Of a stretch of 64,000 nucleotides of DNA, positions 28,373 through 40,794 are shown one piece after another. Below the pieces are notes generated by a model. That model was not told where the DNA came from. It did no database searches and saw nothing but the letters and a program-made list of their open reading frames with translations. Numbering within the stretch: the first letter of the stretch is position 1; each line of letters opens with the position of its first letter. The stretch is from Octopus sinensis (Eukaryota). The DNA lies in assembly GCF_006345805.1 (NCBI RefSeq), contig NC_043008.1, positions 39,680,001-39,744,000 of the forward strand, given 5' to 3'. The translations under genes and the position numbers were made by a program.

Positions 28373-28888
28373 TATATGGATATAGTTATAATTAAAGGTA
28401 CTGAGAAAAAAAAAACATTCTAAAGATGGAAGTCAAAAGACTCTAAAACAACCGCTATAAATTTCACTTTATTAGCACAAGCCTGAAAACGGGCAAATGA
28501 ATAAAATGGAATTAGTAAAATTAATATAGTGAAATCAAAAGCATTTTTTAGAGTCTTTCGACATCTATTTCTAGTGTGTAGGTGCTGTTTCTCAGAACAC
28601 TTATTCATAATTATATTTATATAATTATTTATATTAATTTTTACCTATATGGTTTTTTACATGCCGGCCACTGATAGGTTCATTATTTGACTTTATCCTT
28701 AATTATGTATGCATATATCAAGATTTTGTGTCTATAGAGAAATAGGCGGTTTGGAATCTTCACCAAGGCTCCTTCATTGGAAATTCAACAATTTCAAGAG
28801 GGTAGTTTTGCATGCATGCGTGTATATATGTACAGTATTTGAAGTCCGTGCATGTGCAGATTTGGATGTATGTATATATGGGGAGATT

Positions 28889-28951
<63 letters not shown>

Positions 28952-30141
28952 TAACTTTTGTACTACCCTTATTTACTCAAACTATGTATCATCGATCGCA
29001 GCCGAAACGCCTCAGGACAAAACTGCATTGATTCATGAAAGGTATTCAGCAGAACACGCCAATCCCTTTAATTTTTATTGTAAAACATCGACAACACTCA
29101 AGTGGAGGCCCCCATCCAAATGCTGGGGTTATTCCTGTCAAGGCACACCAAAGGATTATTCTTATCCAAGTACACCCTTAGATTACTAGAACAGCATCCC
29201 TAATAAATATTCTCTCTTCAGACCCAGGAAATATTTCAGCTCCACTACAGACGTTGACCGACTGCATGGCTACAAGAGAGAACCCCCAGCAGTGTTTCTT
29301 TCCTGCCTCACGCTCAGTACCTCCACTATGTATCTTGAGATGACCTGCATTATGAAAAAGCGCTTTCGGCTATTTGTAATAAATTCACTAACGAGGACAT
29401 TTCATTATCCTGCCAACGGGATTGCACTTTGCTCTCTTTATATTCTTTATAGATTCTGTATTGCCTTATATTCCTAGGACGTGGATTCGTACCTACACTA
29501 TTCAGGTCACTCATCTTGCCGCATATTTTGTTATTACTGAACTGTCGCACAGACACGGCCACGAATAAACCATTATGGTTATATCATTACTAAAAAGACT
29601 TGACCCCACATCCCTCGGAAAGCCAGTAAAGTTCATACATGCTTGGACATACGCATAAATGCAAACACGCAAATACACACGATCTCAAACTCAGTTGCGC
29701 ACACATACACACATGATATGTTCTATTTTGTAAAAAAAAATATATTGATTTGTGTTTGAAATGATTAACTTTAAAAAAAAATGAGGAAATAATAAATATA
29801 GTGAATATGTTAATTGATTTGGAGGTCTAGCTAGAAATGAGATATAACTAGAGCCAAAAACAAAGTGAGAGCGACAGAGAGAAAGGGAAGAGAAAGAAAC
29901 AGCTGAAAGGGGAAGTGAGGGAGAGATACAGAACGTAAAACATAAATATATGATGTGTGAATTAGAGGATTTTAGTGTCCATAATATGTTGACTCATCCA
30001 ACTGGATATATTTTATTAATCCTTGTCTTCGCGTATGAACTTATTGAGATACAGAAGACTTAAACGCACAGTCCTTTGCATATATAGGACTATGTTATAT
30101 ATAAAGGACATATATGATTTCATGTCTCAATATAAATGTAG

Positions 30142-30228
<87 letters not shown>

Positions 30229-30383
30229 AGCAGGAATGGCTGTGTGGTAAGTGGCTTGCTTACCAAACACATGAATCCGGGTTGAGTGCACTTTGGGCAA
30301 GTGTCTTCTACTATAGTCCCAGTGCGACCAAGGCCTTGTGATTGAATTTGGTAGACGGAAACGGAAAGAAGCCAGTCGTATAT

Positions 30384-30448
<65 letters not shown>

Positions 30449-30630
30449 TGTGTTCGTCCCCCACCGAAAATGACTTGACAACCGATGTTGTGGTGTTTAG
30501 GTCTTCATAACTTAGCGGTTCCGCAAAAGCCTACAAACAATAGAATCTGGGGTCGATTTGTTCGACTAAAGGCGGTGCTCCAGCATGACCGCTGTCAAAT
30601 GACTAAAACAAATAAAAGAATAAGAAAAAT
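30229..30630 (+). mobile_element. SINE family A with expanded internal (GT)n
   Basis: AGCAGGAATGGCTGTGTGGTAAG...GGTAGACGGAAACGGAAAGAAGCC...GGCGGTGCTCCAGCATGACC. Confidence 0.85.
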
Positions 30631-30939
30631 ATTATTATCAAAATTTAGCTACTTAGGAATTTCTTATCTGTCACGCATCAAATATTAATTACTGCATTAT
30701 TATAGAAGGGATTAAGATGTTCTAAGGATTAAGCGGCAGTGTCTGCTTACATGCAGACACATCATTATAAATGTATAGAGGTAATTTTATATACGTACAA
30801 ACACTCACATGCACACACATAACACACGAATATATATGTAAGTATGTACATATATACATACACATACACATGTGTGTATATGTGTGTTCGTATATATATA
30901 TATATATATATTTATATATTCTTACATTCTTACATTCTT

Positions 30940-31066
30940 TTTTTCGTTTACTTGTTTCAGTCATTTTCACTGCGGCCTTGCCCGGGTAACGCCTTTAATC
31001 GAACAAATCGACTAGTATTTATTCTATCTGTGAGTTTTGCCGAACCGCTAAGTTTCAGACACAGAC
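30940..31066 (-). mobile_element. SINE family A, 3' fragment
   Basis: TTGTTTCAGTCATTTTCACTGCGGCC...GCCGAACCGCTAAG. Confidence 0.7.
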
Positions 31067-31091
31067 ACAAGTACATACATACACACACACA

Positions 31092-31175
<84 letters not shown>

Positions 31176-32127
31176 CGTATGTATGTACTTATGTATGCAA
31201 AGAAGTGTGAATATTAGGTTAGCATGAGAGGCCATTATCGCTTGTATATATTTCTATCAGTATTTCTCTCTGTCTCTCCCTTTTTCTTCCTCCCTCTCTC
31301 TCTCTCTCTCTCTCTTCCCTATCTCTCTTACTCTCGAGGAAGTACTAGTAATTCGGAACCGTTTGTGCACATTCTCATAAACATACATACACAATCACAC
31401 ACACACACAAACACATACACACACTCACATGCCTCCACACACACACACACATACATACAAACACAGTCATACAGACACCACTCTACATACATACATGCCC
31501 AATATATTATACTGTTATTTCTTTTACTCTTCTCCATGTTGACTATGAATGTCGAAACAGAGCCTGATGCAAGTTTAACTTCACTACGTATGATAACATA
31601 GCTAAACAGTGAAAACTGTTTCGCAACAAACAGGTATTAAAGACATTTATATTAGTTATAGTCAATAAAGGAGCATTAAGGAAGTTATGTAAGAGATTTA
31701 CAAAAGACAACAAGAAAATAAATACAATGCAGAATTCCCATCGATTAGAATGGTAAGAGCATGAATAACAATTGAAACAGTAAAAAGAGTAACGAAAGCA
31801 AAGATATTCTTTAATATATGATATTGCGCTGTTGCCTTCAGCGTCTGATGAATTTCGAAAGGGCGCCGTTAAAATACATGCTGTGTCGTGAACATTTTGA
31901 ACTTGGTTGAATCCATCCATCTCCTGTTCTACACTCAGTCGATTTATGAGCGAGTGAGGGAGAGAATGAGGGAGATGGAGATGGAGATGGAGATGGAGAG
32001 AGGTTGGGGAAGAGCTACAGACAGATAAAGAAAGAGAGACAGAGGGAGATGAATTGAGATATATATGTATATATATATATACATAAATATCTCACTTCGT
32101 CTCCCTCTGTCTGTTTCTCTCTCTCTA

Positions 32128-32171
<44 letters not shown>

Positions 32172-32202
32172 CGCGGGAAAGAAGCAACAAGAATGGATAG
32201 GT

Positions 32203-32293
32203 TTTTAGTACAATCGTTTCATACAAGGACAGGCTTTATTAAAAGTTGTAAAAATTACAGCATATAAACGTGTCCCGTACTCATCAGCTAAAA
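32203..32293 (-). ncRNA. Type I hammerhead ribozyme (mirror copy)
   Basis: Exact reverse complement of 32545-32635. Confidence 0.8.
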
Positions 32294-32544
32294 TACATGT
32301 GAGTTCTCTAGACATCCTAGTGGTTGAGGCTATACTCATGAAGTAATGTAGATAATTAAGTAACATAAACATAAACAGATTCCAAAGTTCATTACAGTTC
32401 TTTAAAGATGATGTACAGTCTGTACATCATCTTTAAAGAACTGTAATGAACTTTGGAATCTGTTTATGTTTATGTTACTTAATTATCTACATTACTTCAT
32501 GAGTATAGCCTCAACCACTAGGATGTCTAGAGAACTCACATGTA

Positions 32545-32635
32545 TTTTAGCTGATGAGTACGGGACACGTTTATATGCTGTAATTTTTACAACTTTTAAT
32601 AAAGCCTGTCCTTGTATGAAACGATTGTACTAAAA
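32545..32635 (+). ncRNA. Type I hammerhead ribozyme
   Basis: Stem I TTTTAG(32545-50)/CTAAAA(32630-35). Core CTGATGA(32551-57). Stem II GTACGGGACA(32558-67)/TGTCCTTGTAT(32607-17), 10 bp with one bulge. GAAA(32618-21). Stem III AC-GATT-GT. Cleavage triplet GUA, predicted cut after 32629. Confidence 0.8.
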
Positions 32636-32784
32636 ACCTATCCATTCTTGTTGCTTCTTTCCCGCTTATAATCACCCCGCATTACTGTATTGTTAAAACA
32701 GTATAGTTTTTTTTGGTGCATCTAAGTTAGGTACCATATTCAAGTAAATTCATTTAAATTAACTTGAATCTTTATTGCTTTTTG

Positions 32785-32820
<36 letters not shown>

Positions 32821-32949
32821 CTAAGAGACTAGAAAAGTTAGAGAAGAATTGACCCTAGTATTTGACTTAAGTCATCGAAATGAAAAGAATAAACGGTAAA
32901 ATTCAACGCGGTCGGATTTGAACTATATTCCTTGGGTTTCGTGGACTTG

Positions 32950-34791
32950 TACCTCTACCATTTACGTACCACAACCCCATTTATATTTCTACATTTCCTG
33001 ATGTGTTAAACATTTTCTGCGCCTCACTAACCATTATGCCAATTCCCTACTTCTCAGACCTTTCGAGAACTTCTTGTCCATGTTTTTCCAACAGGAGTTA
33101 ATCTGCTGTAGTTTAAACGAGCATAAACAACGTGACGCTCAGAGGCTGAGAAACCTCTTCTACTCTAAAGTGTTCACTCTCACTCAACTCAGCAGTTAAA
33201 GAAGTATATACAAACTCATACATGCATGCATACACAGACACGTGATCTACGGCCTGTCTTTGGCATGTTAAAGTTAGCGGATCTCCTCCCAACCAATACG
33301 GGATTTCACTTAGTTCAAAGAGAGGGAGAGCGGAGAGAAATTTTATACAAAATGTGGTTCTAACTCTTCAACATAAACGCCATCTTTCAACTTTTGCAGA
33401 TTGCAAGCTTCAACCCTTGCCTATTTATCATCAGCCACAACATCATGAGAGTAGGTTTTATTGAATGTGAGATCAAATATGCAAAACATTTCACGTCCAT
33501 TTTAGCCAACATCTGGTCAGATGCTTCCTAAAAGCATAGTGAAAGGTTATGCTAATCACTGAGAGTTGTAGCTGGTGGACAATAGTCACACTTAGGGTGA
33601 TCGAGTCTTCCCCTTAACCACTTCCTCCCGACATACGAGGAACAGTTTCCACAAGTCTATTCCTGATATACTGAGCACATGAAATTCCTGCTTATGTCTT
33701 GCTGTAGGTTGCACAAAAGCAGACTCTGGCACTTAGAAGTGCTGAACTCACATTGCTTGTACGAGACAATCGCAAGCTCGCCAAATTTCCCCATTGAATG
33801 AACATTCCTGTTACGTTTTGACTAAAATCGGCCACCCCGAATTCAAAGTATTCCACATATTAACCTAATGTCATTCAGGTATTTTTAAAACTACTCCCCA
33901 CCAAAAAAAAAAACAACAACAAAACATTAGAAATAAGTGGGGAATGGGACTTCTTGAACAGAGCGAGCGTGCAATACTGTTTTGATAAATGGCCGTGACG
34001 TTTTACCATTGTAAAGAAATGGGTGTACTTTCAAATCGAGGATGTGATAGAAAACAATTATTCTTAGTGCTACATCCAAATGGATGGTGGTTTCGTATTG
34101 ATCTACATTGCTCAGATCACCAAAGAAGCTAGATCTAGTTCTGAATAGCTGAGTAACGTATCTTGTATGGTGGAAAGGCCGTAGATATATGTCGTAGATC
34201 GTATAATTTTTTCGGTCTTTCAGTACTGCATCTGACCAGATGCTGGCTAAAATGGACGTGAAACGTTTTGCATATTTGATCTCACATCCAATCAAACCTA
34301 CTCTCATGATGTTGTGGGTGACGATATATAGGCAAGGGTTGAGGCTTGCAATCTGCAAAAGTTGAAAGACGACGTTTATTTTGAAGAGTTAGAACCACAT
34401 TTTGTAGAAAATTTCTCTCCGCTATTTGAATTAAGTGAAATCCCGTATTGGTTGGGAGGAGATCCACCAAGTTTAACATGCCAAAGACAGGCCGTAGATC
34501 ACGTGTCTATGTATGCATGAGTTTGTATATACTTCTTCTTTAACTGCTGAGTTGAGTGAGAGGGAACACTTTAGTGTAGAAGATGGTCCTCTGCCTCTGT
34601 GCGTCACGTTGTTAATGCTCGTTTAAACTACAGCAGATTAACACCTGTCGGAAAGACATGGACAAGAAGTTCTAGAAAGGTTCTGAGAAGTAGGGAATTG
34701 GCATAATGGTTTAGTGAGGCGCAGAGAATGTTTGACACATCAGGAAATGTAGAAAAATAAACGGGGTTGTGGTACGTAAGTGGTAGAGGTA
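32950..34791. repeat. Foldback structure: ~570-bp inverted arms (32950-33524 and 34228-34791) around a ~700-bp spacer
   Basis: The arms align along their whole length; about 10 differences counted in a 160-bp sample. Confidence 0.9.
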
Positions 34792-35934
34792 AAGACAACC
34801 ACTAACTTCTTGGCGTCATCATCAGAGAAACTTTCCATGCAGCAGAATTTGTCTATTAATGATCGTCGTGTTGTATATCCTCTGTTGCCACATCAACATA
34901 ATTTAGTGCAGTGATCTTAGAATGTTCTGATTCCGCGTTGCCAATATCAATAGAAATCTGACAAGCGTGTAGCGAACGTGACTGGTTACAACAGCTTACA
35001 TTTTGTTATGGAGGCTATCCCAACCTGTCTATTCGCCAGTTGAATATCTGCCGTGTTAGTCCTCTACTTCATCTGCTATGAACAATTTATCGTGGTTCCC
35101 TGTGCCGAAAACAAAGGGTACCACGATAGCGGACGATATTGATGACTAAAGCCTCGAAGTACACAAACTTTGGCTCGTTTCAAGTATTTTTGCAAAGTAC
35201 TGCAGAAAGCCCGCTATCTCTTTGAAATCGGACAGCAATTATTACTTTTCAATGGCTCCAGCTTCTATTTAGTACACGCATGTATTCTGAAACCAACAGT
35301 TGCATAACTACTAAAGTATGGGGTTAAGTTAAACACTCATAAAACATAACGGAAACAATTAAAGAAAAATAAAACTTATACAAATAATTAATACAAGAAG
35401 TAATGATTAATACAAGAATTTAATGAAACACTTAACAAAATCATGGGAACCACTTAAATTTTTTCGACTGTACACATACGTGAAAATACTAGCTAAGTAG
35501 CGTTAGAGCACTTTACATCCCTGAGCGCCGACCATCATGTCTATTGTGACCTCATTAACATTTTCTACGGGTGTTAATAATGATGATGATGATAAGTATT
35601 AGGAGGATGAATCAGCTTCGCTGATGTACTAAATAGTGAGTAAGTATGTACTGCGACATTTAGAGGTTAGTGGCAATGGTTAAATGTGGTGGATAGTTGT
35701 TTATTTATTTTTTTAGAAAGTAAAGGTCGGATTATGGAAATACTACCTGCAGGTTATAATTACGCCTGTTTAGTGCTTAGTGTTGCTGTTGCTGATGTTG
35801 ATGATGCTGATGACGATGCTGTCGGTAGCGATGGCAAGGGTATTTAATGTGATAGTGTTGACAGTTGCTGGGATTATAATGGGAAAATGACGACGACGAC
35901 GACGGCGATGATGATGATAATAATGATGATGGTG

Positions 35935-36509
35935 GTGGTGGTGGTGGTGTTGAGGACGATGATGATGATGTTGATGATGATGATGATGAGAGGAGGACGA
36001 CGATAGTGATCACGATGATGATGTTGATGATACCGATGATATTAGATTTGACTATGGTATCGATACTGATGTGGGTGATTATTATGATGATGAGTAGATG
36101 ATGATGATGATGATGATGAAGATGATAATAACGATGATGAAGGTGATAATGACGATGAGGATGATGATGATGAGGATGATGATGATGATGAGGATGATGA
36201 TGATGATGATGATGAAGATGATGAAGATGATGATGCCGATGATATTAGATTTGACTATGGTATCGATACTGATGTGGGTGATTATTATGATGATGAGTAG
36301 ATGATGATGATGATGATGATGAAGATGATAATAACGATGATGAAGGTGATAATGACGATGAGGATGATCATGATGATGAGGATGATGATGATGATGACGA
36401 TGAAGATGATGATGATGATGATGCCCATGATATTAGATTTGACTATGGTATCGATAGTGATGAGGGTGATTATGTTGATGATGATGATAATGAAGATGAT
36501 GACGATGAA

Positions 36510-36558
<49 letters not shown>

Positions 36559-36660
36559 GTGGTTGTTGTGGTGGTGGTTGTGGTGATGGTGATGATGAAG
36601 ATGATGAGGATGATGAAGATTATGATGATGATGACGATGATGATATTCTGGAAACGGATG
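35935..36660. repeat. (GAT)n-rich tract with a ~190-200-bp higher-order unit
   Basis: ATGATATTAGATTTGACTATGGTATCGATA recurs near 36036, 36239 and 36427. Confidence 0.9.
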
Positions 36661-36804
36661 TGGTTGTAGTGGTGATGGTGAAGAGAGATTAAAGAAACTG
36701 GCTGTGGTCGTCAGAGAGGTATCTCAACGATAATTATCATCATAATTATGATTATATTAAACGTGCTTAGGGTTAGAGGTTGGGAAGTTTAGCTAATTAG
36801 TTCC

Positions 36805-36940
36805 GTAGGCGGAGTCTATGTGTAGAGTAGGCGTGCAGAAGCTAAAAAGGGGCGGGCTTTAAGAAGGCTGTCCTTATTAGAAACCTGTCAAAATTGGATT
36901 AAATCTACGAATTTTCATTGGTTGAGCACGACACGCCCGG
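36805..36940. promoter_or_regulatory. Possible core-promoter motif cluster (GC boxes and CCAAT boxes)
   Basis: GGCGGAGT 36808, GGGGCGGG 36849, ATTGG 36893 and 36917, CACGCCC 36932, all within ~130 bp of an otherwise AT-rich region. Confidence 0.3.
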
Positions 36941-37634
36941 AAAAGTAAAAAAAAATAAAACAACTAAAATACAACAGATAAGCAAATAAATCATAAATTC
37001 ATGAACAAAAGTACCCGGATTAAGTCTGGTCGGGTGGCAGTAAGCAGCTTAATATGTTTGTTGCTATAAGATGGCTCTAATTGTTGTTGTTGTTCACTTT
37101 GTTAATTATTGTTGTTGTGTTTGTTTTTGGCTGCTTTTCTGGTTCTTGACTACGTATTTTTTGTTGTTGTTGCTACTTTTGTTGCTTTTGCATTTGTTTT
37201 TGTTCTTTATGCTGTTGTTGTCAGTCTAGTAGTAGTAGTAATAGTAGCAGCAGCAACAGTAGTAGTAACAGTTGTAGTCGTAGTCGTAGTAGTAGTAGTA
37301 GTAGTTTAGCACTAGGTAGATCTGATTACTCAGGGCTATGTATGGTCAAAAGCGTTCCAGTGATGATCAAACCACCAACCTTCCCTTCTGCCATCACCAT
37401 CAATCATAATTGATGTTGTTTACAATCCTACACAAGAAAATTATGTTTTTGATATAATTTCTAAGACAGTGAGATTTGCGAGAGATTTGGCTAATATGCC
37501 TAACACTGCGTGAGACAACAAAGAGGAGCTGTGTCCCTTTGAAAAGCAGAACAATTACTCGTACTCGCCAATGGCCAACGATGTATTTTTATTTATTTAT
37601 TCATTATTTTTTTTGCAGTCACTGTATCTATATC

Positions 37635-37941
37635 GGAAGCACATGGTCTAGTGGTTAGAGCAGCGGACTCGCGGTCGAGGGATCGCGGTCCAGGACTCGA
37701 ACTTCAGACCGGGCGATGTGTGTCTGTGTTTATGAGCGAAAACACCTAAGCTCCACGCTGCTCCGGCAGAAGGTAATGGCGAACTTCTGCTGAATCTTTC
37801 GCCACAAATTTCTCTCACTTTTTCCCCCTGCACCTTGCAGCTCACCTCCGACGGACCGGCGTCCCGTCCAGGTGGGGAACCTATACGCCAAGAAACCGGG
37901 AAAACGGCCCTTATGAGCCAGGCATAGCTCGAGAAGGAACA
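37635..37941 (+). mobile_element. tRNA-derived SINE (family E)
   Basis: Head GGAAGCACATGGTCTAGTGGTTAGAGCAGCGGACTCG with an interrupted B box. GC-rich body ends AAACCGGGAAAACGGCCCTTATGAGCCAGGCATAGCTCGAGAAGGAAC. Confidence 0.75.
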
Positions 37942-38603
37942 TGTAACATGTGTGTATATCAGAAATTATACAGGTGGTGAATTGGAAATATCTTTAGAAA
38001 CAGTGACTTACAGAGTTACCATTTAAGTACTGAGAGCCATGTGATCGCCACTTAGGTTTTTTTAATGTGTCTGCTCTTCTACCTATATTTCAAACAGTAG
38101 ATTCTCATATAGGTACAAGGTCAAGACATTTGAGGGAACATATAAGCTGATATTATCGGCTCCAGTTCATAGACTGCAGCGTTATGCTATCAAGCTTGAA
38201 CCGATGAACTGGATCATGGTAAGGCTTGAACTCAGTATAAAGATTGGGAATAAATACATTAACGATTGTCTTAGCGCCAATGAAAACTAATAGTCCTAAG
38301 TTAGGAATACTGTAAGAAATTTGGGGTACGGATTGGTATTATACTAACTGAATTTAACCGCTCCATCACTATAGACACAGCAGTATAAAAGCGGGATTTC
38401 AAATCCTCTACATAGCAAATTTACATTTAGGCCGACCAATGGCGATAAAATAAATTCACAGTTAAGAATTTCGATTGTAATGAAAATTAAAATAAAAAAA
38501 AAAAAAATTATAAAGTAACAACAGCAAAAATAAAAGTAAATTTATAAACAATAACAAAAACAGCAACAACAACAATAACAACAATATCATTCTTATTATT
38601 ATT

Positions 38604-39173
38604 GAGTGAGAGAGCAGTGTATGCCATCAAAGTGACACTGGGGTAAAATATGCCATGCCCGGTATACCCATCATGACCCATAAGGGCACACCATCATGAC
38701 CCATAAGGGTACACCAGGCACATGCATCACAACCATATGTGCGCGACATGGTGATCTCATATCAAGATAGACAGAACATGACCTTGCAGGTGAGGCCCAG
38801 ATAGAATTTTCTTCTGGTTGAGTAGCCCATCCCGCTCAGAAGGTCCCTGAACAAGGGTTGTTTAATGATGTTGAACGAAACACCCATGTTTCCAGTGGTG
38901 AATCATTCAAACCCCAAATAATTCCTCTCAACACATGGCTATGATGCTCCCCCACTACTTCTGCTCGCTATCTGAGATGCGCATATCGTCAGCCACTAAT
39001 GGACATGGTCAACTGGTTAAGGTCAAACAACTGACAAGCAAATCTGTTGTATTGAGCAGAATATTTGCTTTAGCCATCTTTTATACCAAGACAAAATAAT
39101 GTACATGATAACACTTCCAATCAGTTAAGACCAGAAGCCACATGAGTCACTGCCTGGTACTGCATCAGGGCAT
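38604..39173 (-). mobile_element. ~550-bp non-coding dispersed retro-repeat (family D) with (AAT)n tail
   Basis: Collinear with 60985-61537 and 61676-62215. Internal 23-bp tandem duplication CCATCATGACCCATAAGGG. ATT repeats on both flanks. Confidence 0.85.
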
Positions 39174-39174
39174 A

Positions 39175-39229
<55 letters not shown>

Positions 39230-39254
39230 TTTATTATTATTATTATTATTATTA

Positions 39255-39290
<36 letters not shown>

Positions 39291-39341
39291 TATTATTATT
39301 ATTATTATTATTCTTATTATTATCATTATCATTACATTATC

Positions 39342-39373
<32 letters not shown>

Positions 39374-39594
39374 GTTATTATTTATTATTATTATTAATAT
39401 TATTATTATTATCATTATTATTAGTATTATTATCATTATCATATCATTATCATTATCATTATCATTATCATTTTATTATTGTTATTATTATTATATTATT
39501 ATTATTATATTATTATTATTATTATTATCATTATCTTTATTATTATTATTATTATTAATATTATTATTATTATATTATTATTATTATTATTATA

Positions 39595-39632
<38 letters not shown>

Positions 39633-39651
39633 TTATTATTATTATATTATA

Positions 39652-39691
<40 letters not shown>

Positions 39692-40023
39692 TATCATTAT
39701 CATTATCATTATCTTTATTATTATTTATTATTATTGTTATTATATTCTTTATTATTATTATTATTATATTATTATTATTATTATCATATTATTAGTTATT
39801 ATTATCATTAATTATCATTATCATTATCATTTCATTATATTATTGTTATTTTTTATTTATTATTATTATTATTATTATATTATTATTATTATCATTATCT
39901 TTATTATTATTATTTTATTATTGTTGTTATATATTATTATTATTATTATTATATTATTGTATATTATTATTATTATTGTCATTATTATTAGTATTATTAT
40001 CATTATCATTATCATTATTATTA

Positions 40024-40082
<59 letters not shown>

Positions 40083-40135
40083 ATTATTATTAATATTATT
40101 ATTATTATTATTATTATTATTGTTATTATTATTAA
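39174..40135. repeat. ~960-bp degenerate (ATT)n/(ATCATT)n tract
   Basis: Direct reading. Confidence 0.95.
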
Positions 40136-40616
40136 AGAATAGAACGCTTTGGAAGGTGCAAAAATGCACTGTAATACAAATAATAGGCTAGATACCTGTT
40201 ATAATTTAGTCATCCATTGTCTGATAATATTTCGGAATGAAATTCCTTAGATATTCTTAGATGGAGTCGCTGCTACAATCGGTTTTACATTTAGGCCGAC
40301 CAGGGACGATAAAATAAAGTCACAGTAAATTTTATAGCAGAAATATTATCAGAATATGGATGACTAAATTACAACTGGTATATAACCCATTATTTGTATT
40401 ATACTGCATTCTTGTACCATTCAAAACATTTTATTCCCTACAAACAATACACAATGCGTCAAGCGAACTAAAAAAGTATCCTATTATTATTATTATTATT
40501 ATTATTATTTTTATTGTTGTTGTTGTTGTTGTTGTTGTTGCTATTATTATTGTTGTTATTGTCATTTATGCATACATACGTGTGTGCTTATACATACATA
40601 TATATATATACTAACA

Positions 40617-40675
<59 letters not shown>

Positions 40676-40759
40676 TATAGATAGATATATAGTTAGATCT
40701 GTGGTGCTTATAATATATATTTATATATATTTATACTTATATGTATTATATATATATAA

Positions 40760-40794
<35 letters not shown>

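Larger units (their letters stand above)
32173..32665. repeat. Perfect palindrome: two 246-bp arms, 1-nt spacer at 32419
   Basis: GCGGGAAAGAAGCAAC...GATGATGTACAG-T-CTGTACATCATC...GTTGCTTCTTTCCCGC. No mismatch found reading arm against arm. Confidence 0.95.

Noticed and set aside
29050-29580. Moderately GC-richer island as a coding or SINE relic
   Set aside because: No motif I can name in any frame; the B-box-like match is too weak.
31845-31860. CTGATGA-ATTTC-GAAA as a hammerhead
   Set aside because: No room for stem II and no stem I complement.
34800-35472. Tc1-like relic ending in TACAGTCGAAAAA on the minus strand
   Set aside because: Only one terminus-like end and no convincing transposase motif.
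36098-36669. Met-rich or Asp-rich protein
   Set aside because: (GAT)n translation; the Asp frame has in-frame TAG codons in the repeated unit.
39255-40142. 295-aa ORF and the many I/Y/L/H/T/C/V-rich ORFs in the track
   Set aside because: They are translations of (ATT)n, (TA)n and (CA)n microsatellites with no domain content.
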